Part shown: positions 9,416-18,374 of the stretch, piece after piece
Layout of the letters: each line of letters begins with the position of its first letter
How positions within the stretch are numbered: the stretch's first letter is position 1
Assembly (NCBI RefSeq): GCF_051097895.1
Contig: NZ_CP142525.1
Location: 900,001-932,000 of the forward strand
Reading direction: 5' to 3'
Length of the DNA: 32,000 nucleotides
From: Psychrobacter sp. HD31
GTDB taxonomy: Bacteria > Pseudomonadota > Gammaproteobacteria > Pseudomonadales > Moraxellaceae
Made by a program: the position numbers and the translations under genes
The notes under the pieces: model-generated
Databases searched by the model: none
Seen by the model: only the letters and a program-made list of their open reading frames with translations
What the model was told of the DNA's origin: nothing

Positions 9416-9603
9416 GTGTTGCCTTTTGTTTTGATTTTATTTAAATGATATTTACTTTTATAGGCTAAACATTTTGCTCAGCTTAGGATTTATATTATTT
9501 GGTTTATATCATTGCTGGGCTAAAGCCCAGTCTATTCACTCACAGGATTTATCAGTTGGATTATTGCCAATAGGATAAGTGTAAAATAAGTTCGGTTTAT
9601 TAT

Positions 9604-9996
9604 CTAGCCACTCACATTGCCATTTTTCTTTAGATATAACCTGGCACCAAAATACGTTAAGGGAAAGCTTAATATGATCGATATAGTTACATACCAGATT
9701 GGAAAACTTATTTCACTAGTAAAAAACAACACGCCCAAACAAGGAGATATCATTGCCACTTGCAATTTTTTTATTTTAGAAACCTTCGCGATGATAAAAC
9801 CATACCACACAGAAAGAAAAATTGATAAGAACAAGAAAAACAGTAATTCTTTATTAGAGTAAATACCTGTTGATAAATCCGCTGGAACAAGCCAAATTTT
9901 AAGAGGAATAAAAAGCACAATAATCAATAGCCCACCTAGAGATGCCAAAATAAAAGCTAGAATTATTGACAAAATATTCTTTAAAAGCATCAACAT
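9604..9996 (-). CDS. Hypothetical small integral membrane protein (about 4 TM), probably co-transcribed with tsaB
   Basis: Starts 4 nt after the tsaB stop. Four hydrophobic segments. Visibly more AT-rich with more ATA/TTA/AGA codons than its neighbours (judged by eye). I recognise no family. Confidence 0.55.
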   Translation of the reverse strand: MLMLLKNILSIILAFILASLGGLLIIVLFIPLKIWLVPADLSTGIYSNKELLFFLFLSIFLSVWYGFIIAKVSKIKKLQVAMISPCLGVLFFTSEISFPIWYVTISIILSFPLTYFGARLYLKKNGNVSG

Positions 9997-9999
9997 TAC

Positions 10000-10692
10000 T
10001 TATTTCTTCCCCTGCTCTTTTAACGTCTTCCACGCATTATTGCGTAAATAAACTGGCAAAGCCTCTTCGGCTGGCACACCGCCCTGTTTGGCAAACTGTG
10101 CTTGCCCTACTTTTGCCAAAACACCAGCTGTTGGTTGCACATTTAGCACACTGGTTTGTTCAGCTTGCACGGTGAGCAAATCTTCTTCCATCGTAGCAAT
10201 CATGGTTAATGGTTGGGCAGTTGGTTGCTCATAATCTAGCAAGCCCTCGCCTTCTGGCAGCTTATCAGAACCAACCACTTGCATAATGCCGCTTTCATCT
10301 AACTGGTATTCACCAATATACACTTGGCTCATGCGGGCATCCATTACTGCATAAACATGACTGTCATCATTGTTAATTTCATGGCCTGTTTGAGCAAGCA
10401 CCTGCAAACTGGACACGCCCACGCAAGGCAAATCGGTCGCAACAGACAACGCTTGTATCACAGCCGTATTAATACGGATGCTGCTAAACGCCCCTGGTCC
10501 TCGGTTAAAAACAAGTGCATCAAGCTCATTTAAAGTTAAATTGGTGGCAGCCAGCGCCTCATCTATCATAGGCAGTATTTGCTGGGTTTGCTGGCGTTTA
10601 CCGGTTTGTTCTGCCAAATGGACGATGTTGCCATCAATCATAATAGCAACAGAGCATTTATCAAATACAGTGTCTATGGCGAGTAGTTTCAT
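10000..10692 (-). CDS. tsaB: tRNA t6A37 threonylcarbamoyltransferase complex dimerization subunit TsaB (YeaZ)
   Basis: MKLLAIDTxxxxCSVA start and GPGAFSSIRI motif typical of TsaB. Confidence 0.88.
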   Translation of the reverse strand: MKLLAIDTVFDKCSVAIMIDGNIVHLAEQTGKRQQTQQILPMIDEALAATNLTLNELDALVFNRGPGAFSSIRINTAVIQALSVATDLPCVGVSSLQVLAQTGHEINNDDSHVYAVMDARMSQVYIGEYQLDESGIMQVVGSDKLPEGEGLLDYEQPTAQPLTMIATMEEDLLTVQAEQTSVLNVQPTAGVLAKVGQAQFAKQGGVPAEEALPVYLRNNAWKTLKEQGKK

Positions 10693-10736
10693 AATTTGCC
10701 TGTTTTAAGTTATTTATTTGTTATTTTAATATTTTT

Positions 10737-11219
10737 TTAAGTTGGGTATACTTTTTTAAATCGTTCTAATATCAATTCTGATTGCTCGCAAAACTGACTA
10801 TCAATACTTTGCGCATACTTAGTAAAAAAATCAATATGTGCTTCTCGCCACCATTCATAAGTACCGTCGCCTTCGCCTTCTGCCTCAGCAAATTCTCGAG
10901 TGACCTCATTAAATCTGGCAAAAGAAACTTCGGTAAGCTGGATGATACAAACGGGCTCTTCATCCCAATTTGTGACTATCGTTAATGCACCAACCTTTGG
11001 GTAAGGTTCATTATCATAGTCCCATGACTCTTTTAAACCACATGATGCTGTTTTTTTGCCTATATTGACCAATCTTGCACATTCGTTTGCATTATACTCA
11101 TCAGCACAAAAATATTCTGCCGGAACATTGTCAATGTTCGCAATCGATTGTATCTCTTGCACAGAAAGTGTTTTTAAAAAATCATTAAGAAACTGTTGTT
11201 GTGTTGTGGTTAATGCCAT
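10737..11219 (-). CDS. ASCH-domain protein
   Basis: The C-terminal FAEAEGEGDGTYEWWREAHIDFF block is typical of PF04266 ASCH proteins, and the 160-aa length fits. Confidence 0.75.
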   Translation of the reverse strand: MALTTTQQQFLNDFLKTLSVQEIQSIANIDNVPAEYFCADEYNANECARLVNIGKKTASCGLKESWDYDNEPYPKVGALTIVTNWDEEPVCIIQLTEVSFARFNEVTREFAEAEGEGDGTYEWWREAHIDFFTKYAQSIDSQFCEQSELILERFKKVYPT

Positions 11220-11250
11220 TTTTAAAACCTATTAAGCGATATCAAATATT

Positions 11251-11280
11251 AAAAAATGGGCTATGCATTTGCAAACCCAT
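11251..11280 (-). terminator. Intrinsic terminator downstream of ffh
   Basis: The minus strand reads aatgggtttgca-aa-tgcatagcccat (imperfect stem) followed by tttttt. It lies 10 nt past the ffh stop. Confidence 0.6.
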
Positions 11281-11289
11281 TATTTAAAA

Positions 11290-12819
11290 TTAAAAACGTT
11301 TTTTAAACCCTGGCATTTTCTTTTGCATTTCTGCTAATTGTTTTTCCATTTCTTCTTGGCTTGGCATGTTGTTTGGGTCCATGCCACCCAGTCCGCCTAA
11401 GCCACCTAAACCGCCTTTGCCAGCACCTTTGTTGCCACCGCCAAATAAAGGACCGCCACCGCCGCCCATGCCAGTTAAGCCTTGTACCGCCTTCATCATT
11501 TTGCCCATGCCCTCTGGCTTGGACATCATTTTCATCATCTTAGCCATTTGTTTGTGCTGTTTTAGCAAACGGTTAACATCTTGTATTTGCTTACCAGAAC
11601 CTGCGGCAATACGGCGTTTACGGCTTGGGTTGATTTTTTCTGGATTTTGGCGTTCAAATGGCGTCATAGAGTTAATTAGTGATTCCATTTCTTTGATTTT
11701 TTCTTCTGGTTTGGCTTCTGCTAAGGCTTCTTTCATACCAGCATTACTCATGCCTGGCATTTTATCCATTAGCCCTGCCATACCGCCCATATTTTTCATT
11801 TGTTGGAACTGAGCAAGCAAGTCCTCTAAATCAAAGTTACCGCCTTTTTGCATTTTTTTAGCAAGTTTATCGGCTTTTTCTCTATCGATTTTTTGTTCAA
11901 CTTCTTCCACCAAACTCAACACGTCACCCATGCCAAGGATACGCTGAGCAATACGCTCTGGATGGAATGGCTCTAATGCGTCTAACTTTTCACCACGTCC
12001 CAAAAACTTAATTGGCTTACCAGTAATGGCACGCACAGATAATGCCGCACCACCACGGGCATCACCATCCGTTTTGGTTAATACCACCCCTGTTAAAGGC
12101 AGTGCATCATTAAATGCTTTCGCCGTGTTGGCAGCATCTTGACCTGTCATTGAATCAACAACAAACAAGGTTTCTGAAGGATTAACCGCAGCCGTTAATG
12201 CCTTAATTTCATCCATCATAGTGTCATCAATATGCAAGCGACCCGCTGTATCAATAATCAAAATATCAGAATATTGGATTTTTGCTTGCTCAATAGCACG
12301 TTTTGCAATATCAATTGGGTTTTCATCACTGCTAGATTCACAAAACTTAGCATCAACCTGCCCTGCGACTTGTTCTAACTGTTTAATTGCTGCTGGACGA
12401 TAGACATCGGCAGAAACCAGCATCACTTTTTTATTTTGTCGCTCTTGCAAATATTTTGCTAATTTACCGGCTGTGGTAGTTTTACCAGCACCTTGCAAAC
12501 CTGCTAATAAATAAACCACAGGGGGTTTGCCTGTCATCTCTAATGCTTGATTCGCACTACCCATCATTTCGGTTAGTTCATCATGCACAATTTTTACAAA
12601 TGCTTGCCCAGGTGCAAGTTCTTTAAGCACCTCTTCGCCCAGTGCTTTTTCTTTAACTTTTTTTACAAACTCACGTGTTACTGGCAAAGCAACATCTGCT
12701 TCTAAAAGTGCCATACGCACTTCTCGCAGGGTGTCTTTAATGTTGTCTTCTGTTAATTGACCAGTTCCTGCAACATTACGTAAACTAGAGGATAGTCGTT
12801 CCGTTAAGGTATCAAACAT
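11290..12819 (-). CDS. ffh: Signal recognition particle protein Ffh, with a Gly-rich C-terminal extension
   Basis: MFDxLTxRLSxxLRxxxG start, GLQGAGKTTT P-loop, DTAGRL, TKxDGDARGGAALS, a Met-rich M domain, and a tail GGGGGPLFGGGNKGAGKGGLGGLGGLGG...KKRF. Confidence 0.95.
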   Translation of the reverse strand: MFDTLTERLSSSLRNVAGTGQLTEDNIKDTLREVRMALLEADVALPVTREFVKKVKEKALGEEVLKELAPGQAFVKIVHDELTEMMGSANQALEMTGKPPVVYLLAGLQGAGKTTTAGKLAKYLQERQNKKVMLVSADVYRPAAIKQLEQVAGQVDAKFCESSSDENPIDIAKRAIEQAKIQYSDILIIDTAGRLHIDDTMMDEIKALTAAVNPSETLFVVDSMTGQDAANTAKAFNDALPLTGVVLTKTDGDARGGAALSVRAITGKPIKFLGRGEKLDALEPFHPERIAQRILGMGDVLSLVEEVEQKIDREKADKLAKKMQKGGNFDLEDLLAQFQQMKNMGGMAGLMDKMPGMSNAGMKEALAEAKPEEKIKEMESLINSMTPFERQNPEKINPSRKRRIAAGSGKQIQDVNRLLKQHKQMAKMMKMMSKPEGMGKMMKAVQGLTGMGGGGGPLFGGGNKGAGKGGLGGLGGLGGMDPNNMPSQEEMEKQLAEMQKKMPGFKKRF

Positions 12820-12967
12820 AGATTGTTTCTCAAATAAGCTAATGTATTAAATAAAGGTTTATAAATAAAATAAAAAATTCGTCAAATATTATCTATTTTA
12901 TGATAAATTAGACGATTATTCTAATCATTTATAAAAATCATAATAGTAAAGATACATCGAGAGCATA

Positions 12968-13759
12968 ATGATGACTGCTTATGTAATTGCCAGCTTATGT
13001 TATATCAGTATTAGTTTTTGGCTTTTATACTGCTTGTATCACAAACGTGCTATCAGCAAACCACTTGCAATTGGGCTTTTAACGATTGGTTTGTGCCTGC
13101 ATGCTTGGTTACTATACCCAAACATCATTACCCCAAATGGGTTAAATTTTAACGTATTTAATACACTGAGTTTAACCAGTCTATTTTTGTTAACCTTCTT
13201 TTTATTGTTTAGCTTAATACGCCCCATATACAGCTTGGGGATTTTAGCCGCACCCGCTGCCTTTTTTGGAATCACTGCTGGATTTTTTGGACACGCTCCC
13301 TACAAACCACTGGCTAATATATCAGCTGGGCTACAAACCCATATTTTACTATCCATTGCCGCATACAGTTTACTGTTGATGTGTGCCGTACAGGCTATTA
13401 TTTTACGCTTGCAGATTAGAGAGCTAAAGCACCGTACACGCCACCGTTTGTGGGTGTCTAAATTACCGCCATTGCAAAGTATGGAAAATTTATTGTTTGA
13501 TATGCTAGTGCTTGGGTTTGTTTTGCTAAGCTTTGCTTTACTGTTAGGTTTTGTTTACGTTGACGACTTTTTTGCCCAGCATTTAGCCCATAAAACCGTA
13601 TTTAGTATTTTATCTTGGTTGATGTTTGCCTATTTAATTTTTGGACACTGGCGGTTTGGATGGCGCGGCAAGCATGCTGCTAATATGACAGTATTTAGCT
13701 TTTTATTACTTGCCATTGGTTTTGTGGGCAGTAAAGCGGTTCTGGAGTTGATTTTATAA
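12968..13759 (+). CDS. ypjD: YpjD / CcsA-like cytochrome c assembly family inner-membrane protein
   Basis: 263 aa and polytopic, divergent from ffh as in E. coli. The WxxFxxLxxGHxxxGWRG block matches YpjD (GHYHEGWRG). Confidence 0.8.
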   Translation: MMTAYVIASLCYISISFWLLYCLYHKRAISKPLAIGLLTIGLCLHAWLLYPNIITPNGLNFNVFNTLSLTSLFLLTFFLLFSLIRPIYSLGILAAPAAFFGITAGFFGHAPYKPLANISAGLQTHILLSIAAYSLLLMCAVQAIILRLQIRELKHRTRHRLWVSKLPPLQSMENLLFDMLVLGFVLLSFALLLGFVYVDDFFAQHLAHKTVFSILSWLMFAYLIFGHWRFGWRGKHAANMTVFSFLLLAIGFVGSKAVLELIL

Positions 13760-13894
13760 AACAGTCTTCTTTAAAACAATCTTCTATAAGAAGTTACTTG
13801 AAACCACTAAGTCTCTGCTAATTTGGTTGTTATGCAACAATATAGAAAATCTAAAAACTATGACCATTTGTAATTTATTATACACAGATTGTTA

Positions 13895-14368
13895 TCAATT
13901 TAATTTTTTAATGAAATGAAAACTTTCTACAATGTAGTCTTTAGCAAAGTAAAACTTATGGGCTTTAGGTCTAAACACGCCAGAATCTAGCGAAATAAAT
14001 TCACAACCAGCCTGTTTGGCTTGGCTTTCACACCAAGCCAAAGCGTCACCACCATAGCCCTGACTACGGCAAGTTTCACTTATCACCAGATCTTCTAAAA
14101 AGTACAGTTTATTTTGGTAGGTATTATGGTGCATGCGATATAAAATAACACCAATGACTGCGCTATCCCTGCCATTAATTGTCTCTTTCACCACCACAAA
14201 AGTTGCGCCTTCATCTACAATTTTGCATAGATGCCCAATATAACCTGCTAGCGTTGCAAAAGGCGTAAAACTTGCTCTAAACGCTTGGTGGATGGGATGA
14301 GCCGCTTCAATTAAATTTTGTTGCTTTTTTATCTCATCAGCACAGTTAAAAACGCAATAATCTAGCAT
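13895..14368 (-). CDS. GNAT-family N-acetyltransferase
   Basis: The RSQGYGGDALAWCESQAKQAGC acetyl-CoA binding motif (R/QxxGxG/A). I prefer the ATG at 14368, which is preceded by GGGAGAG, over the track start at 14425, which would overlap purU by 35 nt. Confidence 0.8.
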   Translation of the reverse strand: MLDYCVFNCADEIKKQQNLIEAAHPIHQAFRASFTPFATLAGYIGHLCKIVDEGATFVVVKETINGRDSAVIGVILYRMHHNTYQNKLYFLEDLVISETCRSQGYGGDALAWCESQAKQAGCEFISLDSGVFRPKAHKFYFAKDYIVESFHFIKKLN

Positions 14369-14390
14369 GACACTCTCCCAATCACATTGA

Positions 14391-15272
14391 TTAATTAAAT
14401 ACGACGGTTTTATTACCATCAACAATCACACGATTTTGAACATGCCAATTAACAGCCCTTGCCAATACATTGCGTTCAATATCGCGTCCAATGGCTCTTA
14501 ATTCAGGCACACCCTGACGGTGCGTTACTCGATGTACATCTTGTTCTATAATTGGACCTTGGTCTAGCTCAGCTGTTACATAGTGAGCGGTTGCTCCAAT
14601 TAACTTAACCCCTTTATCATAAGCTTGTTGATATGGGTCTGCTCCCACAAACGCCGGTAAAAAAGAGTGATGGATATTAATGATTTTCATCGACCATTTA
14701 TTAACAAAGTCTTCTGATAATATTTGCATATAACGAGCCAGTACCAGCACATCACTATCTGCCAATAACGCATTAATTTTTGCCTCTGCTTCTGTTTTTG
14801 TTGCTTTAGTAACCGGCACATGATGGTATTCTATACCAAAATTCTCGACAGCTTGTCTCAAGTCATCATGGTTACTGACCACCTTCGTAATTTCACACGC
14901 TAGCAACCCACGTTGATGGCGCCACAATAAATCTAACAAAGCATGATCAAATTTTGATACTAAGATACCCACTTTAGGTTTGATACTGTTATCATGTATT
15001 TGCCAAGCCATATCGTATCGTTTGGCAACGGTATGCTCAAAACTTTGCTCAAGGTTATCAAAAATATCATGAAGATTAGTCAATGCAAACTCTAAGCGCA
15101 TAAAATATTGCCCACCCTCATGCGCTGTTGAGTATTGATCTAATGTAATAATGTTTGCACCGTATCGAAATAAAAACTCCGATACCGCCTGAACAATACC
15201 CGCTTGGTCTTGACACTTAATAGTTAACGTTGCTGTATCTTGTTTTATTATTTTTTTGTCTTGATTGCTCAT
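14391..15272 (-). CDS. purU: Formyltetrahydrofolate deformylase
   Basis: N-terminal ACT domain (LTIKCQDQAGIVQAVSEFL) plus a formyltransferase core (INIHHSFLPAFVGADPYQQA; GATAHYVTAELDQGPII). Confidence 0.93.
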   Translation of the reverse strand: MSNQDKKIIKQDTATLTIKCQDQAGIVQAVSEFLFRYGANIITLDQYSTAHEGGQYFMRLEFALTNLHDIFDNLEQSFEHTVAKRYDMAWQIHDNSIKPKVGILVSKFDHALLDLLWRHQRGLLACEITKVVSNHDDLRQAVENFGIEYHHVPVTKATKTEAEAKINALLADSDVLVLARYMQILSEDFVNKWSMKIINIHHSFLPAFVGADPYQQAYDKGVKLIGATAHYVTAELDQGPIIEQDVHRVTHRQGVPELRAIGRDIERNVLARAVNWHVQNRVIVDGNKTVVFN

Positions 15273-15722
15273 AAATGCTGTCTCAAATTTTAATTAGGTT
15301 TAAAGGTAATAACCAATCTTCCATTTTATAGTTATTTTACACTTTGTGCTAGTAACTCAAGCCGTTAAGCCAAAGTAAGTATGAGTTAGAAAACACCCAA
15401 AAACTGTTTAACTACGTTAATATTTGTATCGCCAACGCAATACGATATTTGAATAATTTTATTCGCTTTTTGAAACCATAATAAAATATTGATAAATAAA
15501 CAGGACCCCTTGCTTTTATACTCACTTTATGGTTAAATGTCGCCTTTAAATTTTTGGATAAATTGGTCAGGTCATCATTGCCTTTAGTGTTTGACTGTCG
15601 ATCATCATAAACATCAACAGTTTTTGGTATTTTGTATTTGGAATCCATACCCCAACGCAATTAACCAAAGAGCATGAGCAAAGATTAAATCTCATGCCAA
15701 CCAATTTAGTTAGGAGTCAATA

Positions 15723-15959
15723 ATGTCTCGAGTTTGCCAAGTGACTGGAAAACGTCCAATGGTGGGTAACAATGTATCGCACGCGAACAACAAAACCCGT
15801 CGTCGTTTCCAACCAAACCTACATAACCATCGTTTTTGGGTAGAATCAGAGAAGCGTTTCGTGCGTCTTCGTGTATCAACTAAAGGTATGCGTATCATCG
15901 ACAAGCACGGTATCGAAAAAGTGCTTGCTGACCTACGTGCAAAAGGTCAGAAAATCTAA
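15723..15959 (+). CDS. rpmB: 50S ribosomal protein L28
   Basis: [33 protein letters not shown] is canonical L28. AGGAG SD motif. Confidence 0.97.
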   Translation: MSRVCQVTGKRPMVGNNVSHANNKTRRRFQPNLHNHRFWVESEKRFVRLRVSTKGMRIIDKHGIEKVLADLRAKGQKI

Positions 15960-15998
15960 AATAGATTTTTTACAACTACTCATTAAAGGATAACAGTC

Positions 15999-16154
15999 AT
16001 GAGAGATAAAATCAGATTAGTATCGACAGCTGGTACAGGTTATTTCTACACTACCACTAAAAACAAACGTACTATGCCAGGCAAAATGGAAATCAAAAAG
16101 TATGATCCAAAAGCTCGCAAACACGTTTTGTTTAAAGAAGCTAAAATCAAGTAA
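15999..16154 (+). CDS. rpmG: 50S ribosomal protein L33 (51 aa, below the ORF-track cutoff)
   Basis: My own translation gives [58 protein letters not shown] motif, 39 nt after rpmB. Confidence 0.95.
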   Translation: MRDKIRLVSTAGTGYFYTTTKNKRTMPGKMEIKKYDPKARKHVLFKEAKIK

Positions 16155-16170
16155 TATTTATTACTGATAA

Positions 16171-16199
16171 AAAGGTTAATCGAAAGATTAACCTTTTTT
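16171..16199 (+). terminator. Intrinsic terminator of rpmB-rpmG
   Basis: aaaggttaatc-gaaa-gattaaccttt stem-loop followed by a T-run. Confidence 0.85.
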
Positions 16200-16301
16200 A
16201 TTGCCCATTATTTGAGTTAAATAAATTACTTAATCACCATTAAAGATAAAAAAAGCAAACACATTCTAAAAATTTTAGTGGGTTGCTCACACAAGCCACA
16301 T

Positions 16302-16330
16302 AAAAAAAGACCTGTTCTAAACAAGTCTTT
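16302..16330 (-). terminator. Intrinsic terminator of the 95-aa acidic protein gene
   Basis: The minus strand reads agacttgtt-tag-aacaggtct (9 bp with one G-U pair) followed by T7, about 20 nt after the stop. Confidence 0.7.
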
Positions 16331-16351
16331 TATTTTATTTACTATCTATTA

Positions 16352-16639
16352 CTAGCTATAATTTGTTGGTTCTTCATCATACACTTTTGCATGCCAATGG
16401 TTCATTTGTTTGTTCATGATCACCTGAATGGCTGCATGTATCATATGCTGCCCAATCATGTGCGCATCTTCACCAAGCATATCTTTTATTTTATCAGAAA
16501 AATCAATGCTCACTAATGGGTCTTCCTTGCCGTCCATATCACGCAACAATAAGCGACCATCTTCAGATTCAATCAGCTCTAACATGGTTTCTTTTGCAAA
16601 GCCATCTTGTGGCATGTCTAATTTTGTATCATCTTGCAT
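16352..16639 (-). CDS. Hypothetical acidic cytoplasmic protein with a His-rich C-terminal helix
   Basis: The ORF has its own terminator. The N-terminal two-thirds are rich in D/E, and the C-terminal part carries six His (AHMIGQHMIHAAIQVIMNKQMNHWH). I recognise no family. Confidence 0.6.
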   Translation of the reverse strand: MQDDTKLDMPQDGFAKETMLELIESEDGRLLLRDMDGKEDPLVSIDFSDKIKDMLGEDAHMIGQHMIHAAIQVIMNKQMNHWHAKVYDEEPTNYS

Positions 16640-16762
16640 GGTTTATCCCGCCATTATAGGCAATCTTTTTAAACTTTTATTGCTTCATTAATACTATAAT
16701 GGGCGTTACTGAGTTAAATTTCAAGCAAAATTAGCATTCAACCACATTAAATCTAGTTGTTG

Positions 16763-17464
16763 TTAAACGGCTTTGCTTCCTACCAATGCTAGCTGCTCAC
16801 GCATTTCATCAATAGCTTGGGCATAGTCATCTTGATTAAAAATGGCAGAGCCTGCAACAAACATATCTGCGCCTGCCTCAGCAATAGCACGGATATTACT
16901 TGCTTTAACCCCACCATCCACTTCAAGGCGAATATCTCTCCCACTGGCATCAATCAGTTTGCGTACTTGCTTAATTTTTGGGAGCGTGCTTTCAATAAAT
17001 GATTGTCCGCCAAAACCTGGGTTAACACTCATTAATAGGATTTGGTCAACCTTATCCATCACATGGTCTAAATAATGTAGCGGCGTTGCTGGATTAAACA
17101 CCAATCCACATTTAGCACCACCGTCTTTAATTAGTTGCAACGAGCGGTCAATATGTTCACTCGCCTCTGGATGAAAAGTAATGATATCAGCACCTGCCCC
17201 TAAAAACTGCTCGATCATGCTATCAACTGGTTTAACCATCAAATGTACATCAATGGGTGCTGTGATACCATAATCTTTTAGTGCTTGGCATACCATGCTA
17301 CCAATGGTCAAATTTGGTACATAGTGGTTATCCATTACATCAAAATGCACCACATCGGCACCAGACTTGAGGACATTTTCAACTTCTTCACCTAAGCGTG
17401 CAAAGTCTGCAGATAGGATAGAAGGTGCGATTAGATATTGCTGATTGGGTAAAACTTTAGACAT
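16763..17464 (-). CDS. rpe: Ribulose-phosphate 3-epimerase
   Basis: Nearly collinear with E. coli Rpe ([17 protein letters not shown]; [16 protein letters not shown]; [10 protein letters not shown]; [13 protein letters not shown]; LEVDGGV; FVAGSAIF). Alignment favours the ATG at 17464 (MSKVL...). The track start at 17485 is the alternative. Confidence 0.93.
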   Translation of the reverse strand: MSKVLPNQQYLIAPSILSADFARLGEEVENVLKSGADVVHFDVMDNHYVPNLTIGSMVCQALKDYGITAPIDVHLMVKPVDSMIEQFLGAGADIITFHPEASEHIDRSLQLIKDGGAKCGLVFNPATPLHYLDHVMDKVDQILLMSVNPGFGGQSFIESTLPKIKQVRKLIDASGRDIRLEVDGGVKASNIRAIAEAGADMFVAGSAIFNQDDYAQAIDEMREQLALVGSKAV

Positions 17465-17503
17465 AGGTAGACCTGTTTTTATCAATTGATAATAAGCTTA
17501 AAA

Positions 17504-18190
17504 TTATTGAGTGAACTTTTCAATACCTTGAGAAGTTGCCTTTAGCAATACATTTGCTTTGTTAGCCGCAAACACCCCATTGCATACAACCCCCACAATA
17601 TTGTTTAGTGTTTTTTCTGTTTGTGCTGGGTTGTTAACATCTAAGTCATAAGTGTCTAAAATTACGTTGCCATAATCCGTTACAACACCTTCACGATAAA
17701 CAGGTTCTGCTCCCATTTCTACAAGCTTTCTCGCAACATAAGAACGTGCTTGTGGCAACACCTCTATCGGTACAGGAAACGCCTTACCTAAAGTTGCCAC
17801 CTGTTTAGACTCATCTACCATACACACAAACTGCTTAGAGGCCGCAGCAACAATTTTTTCACGAGTTAAAGCCGCCCCACCACCTTTAATTAGGTTTAAT
17901 TGGGCATCAAATTCATCCGCACCATCAATATATAAGTCTAATGTACCAACAAAGTTTAAGTCTAAAATATCAATGCCCAATGCTTTTAGACGCGCCTCTG
18001 TTGCTTGCGAGCTTGTTACAGCCCCTTTTAGTGCCATTTGAGGCAATAAATCAATCAAACAGTTAACAGTACTACCTGTCCCTACCCCTAAAATCATGCC
18101 TTCTTCTACATATTCTAATGCTGCTTTTGCTGCGGCTTGCTTTTGGGCTAGCTGTTTATCTAAATTTTCATTATTGGCTGATTGGCTCAT
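17504..18190 (-). CDS. rpiA: Ribose-5-phosphate isomerase A
   Basis: [24 protein letters not shown] and the remaining RpiA motifs. 228 aa. Confidence 0.93.
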   Translation of the reverse strand: MSQSANNENLDKQLAQKQAAAKAALEYVEEGMILGVGTGSTVNCLIDLLPQMALKGAVTSSQATEARLKALGIDILDLNFVGTLDLYIDGADEFDAQLNLIKGGGAALTREKIVAAASKQFVCMVDESKQVATLGKAFPVPIEVLPQARSYVARKLVEMGAEPVYREGVVTDYGNVILDTYDLDVNNPAQTEKTLNNIVGVVCNGVFAANKANVLLKATSQGIEKFTQ

Positions 18191-18374
18191 ATTTGTGTTC
18201 CAAAATTGATGTTGATGTATTCAAACGACCTATTTTTTACATCCTCATATTGTACCTAATTATCAAATCATTAAGAAACAAATTTAACTGATATAATAGA
18301 TAATTTAATAAAATGTTTTTTTCTGCTATCATTTATTAACTTTTATTTTTGTATTTTATTTTTAAGGAAAGTTT

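Noticed and set aside
9515-9530. ctgggc-taaa-gcccag hairpin as an intrinsic terminator for the tsaB operon
   Set aside because: The stem is only 6 bp and is not followed by a U-tract on the minus strand. That is insufficient for a terminator call.
11366-11812. 148-aa Pro-rich plus-strand ORF (and the 60-aa ORF at 11361-11543) inside ffh
   Set aside because: It is the reverse complement of the Gly- and Met-rich Ffh tail and so naturally lacks stop codons. Ffh identity on the minus strand is unambiguous.
14369-14425. N-terminal 19 codons of the GNAT ORF overlapping purU by 35 nt
   Set aside because: The internal ATG at 14368 is preceded by GGGAGAG, and using it removes the overlap. The extension is probably not translated.
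15273-15420. Possible ZTP (pfl) or other purine/folate riboswitch upstream of purU
   Set aside because: I read the minus-strand leader and found none of the GC-rich conserved ZTP motif elements. The leader is AT-rich and unstructured by eye.
15412-15660. 82-aa minus-strand ORF (TTG start; ATG at 15648) in the purU-rpmB spacer
   Set aside because: The start context is poor, rare codons are frequent (ATA, AGG, CGA), and I see no recognisable family or signal. It is probably non-coding, so I reported it only as part of the unusual spacer.
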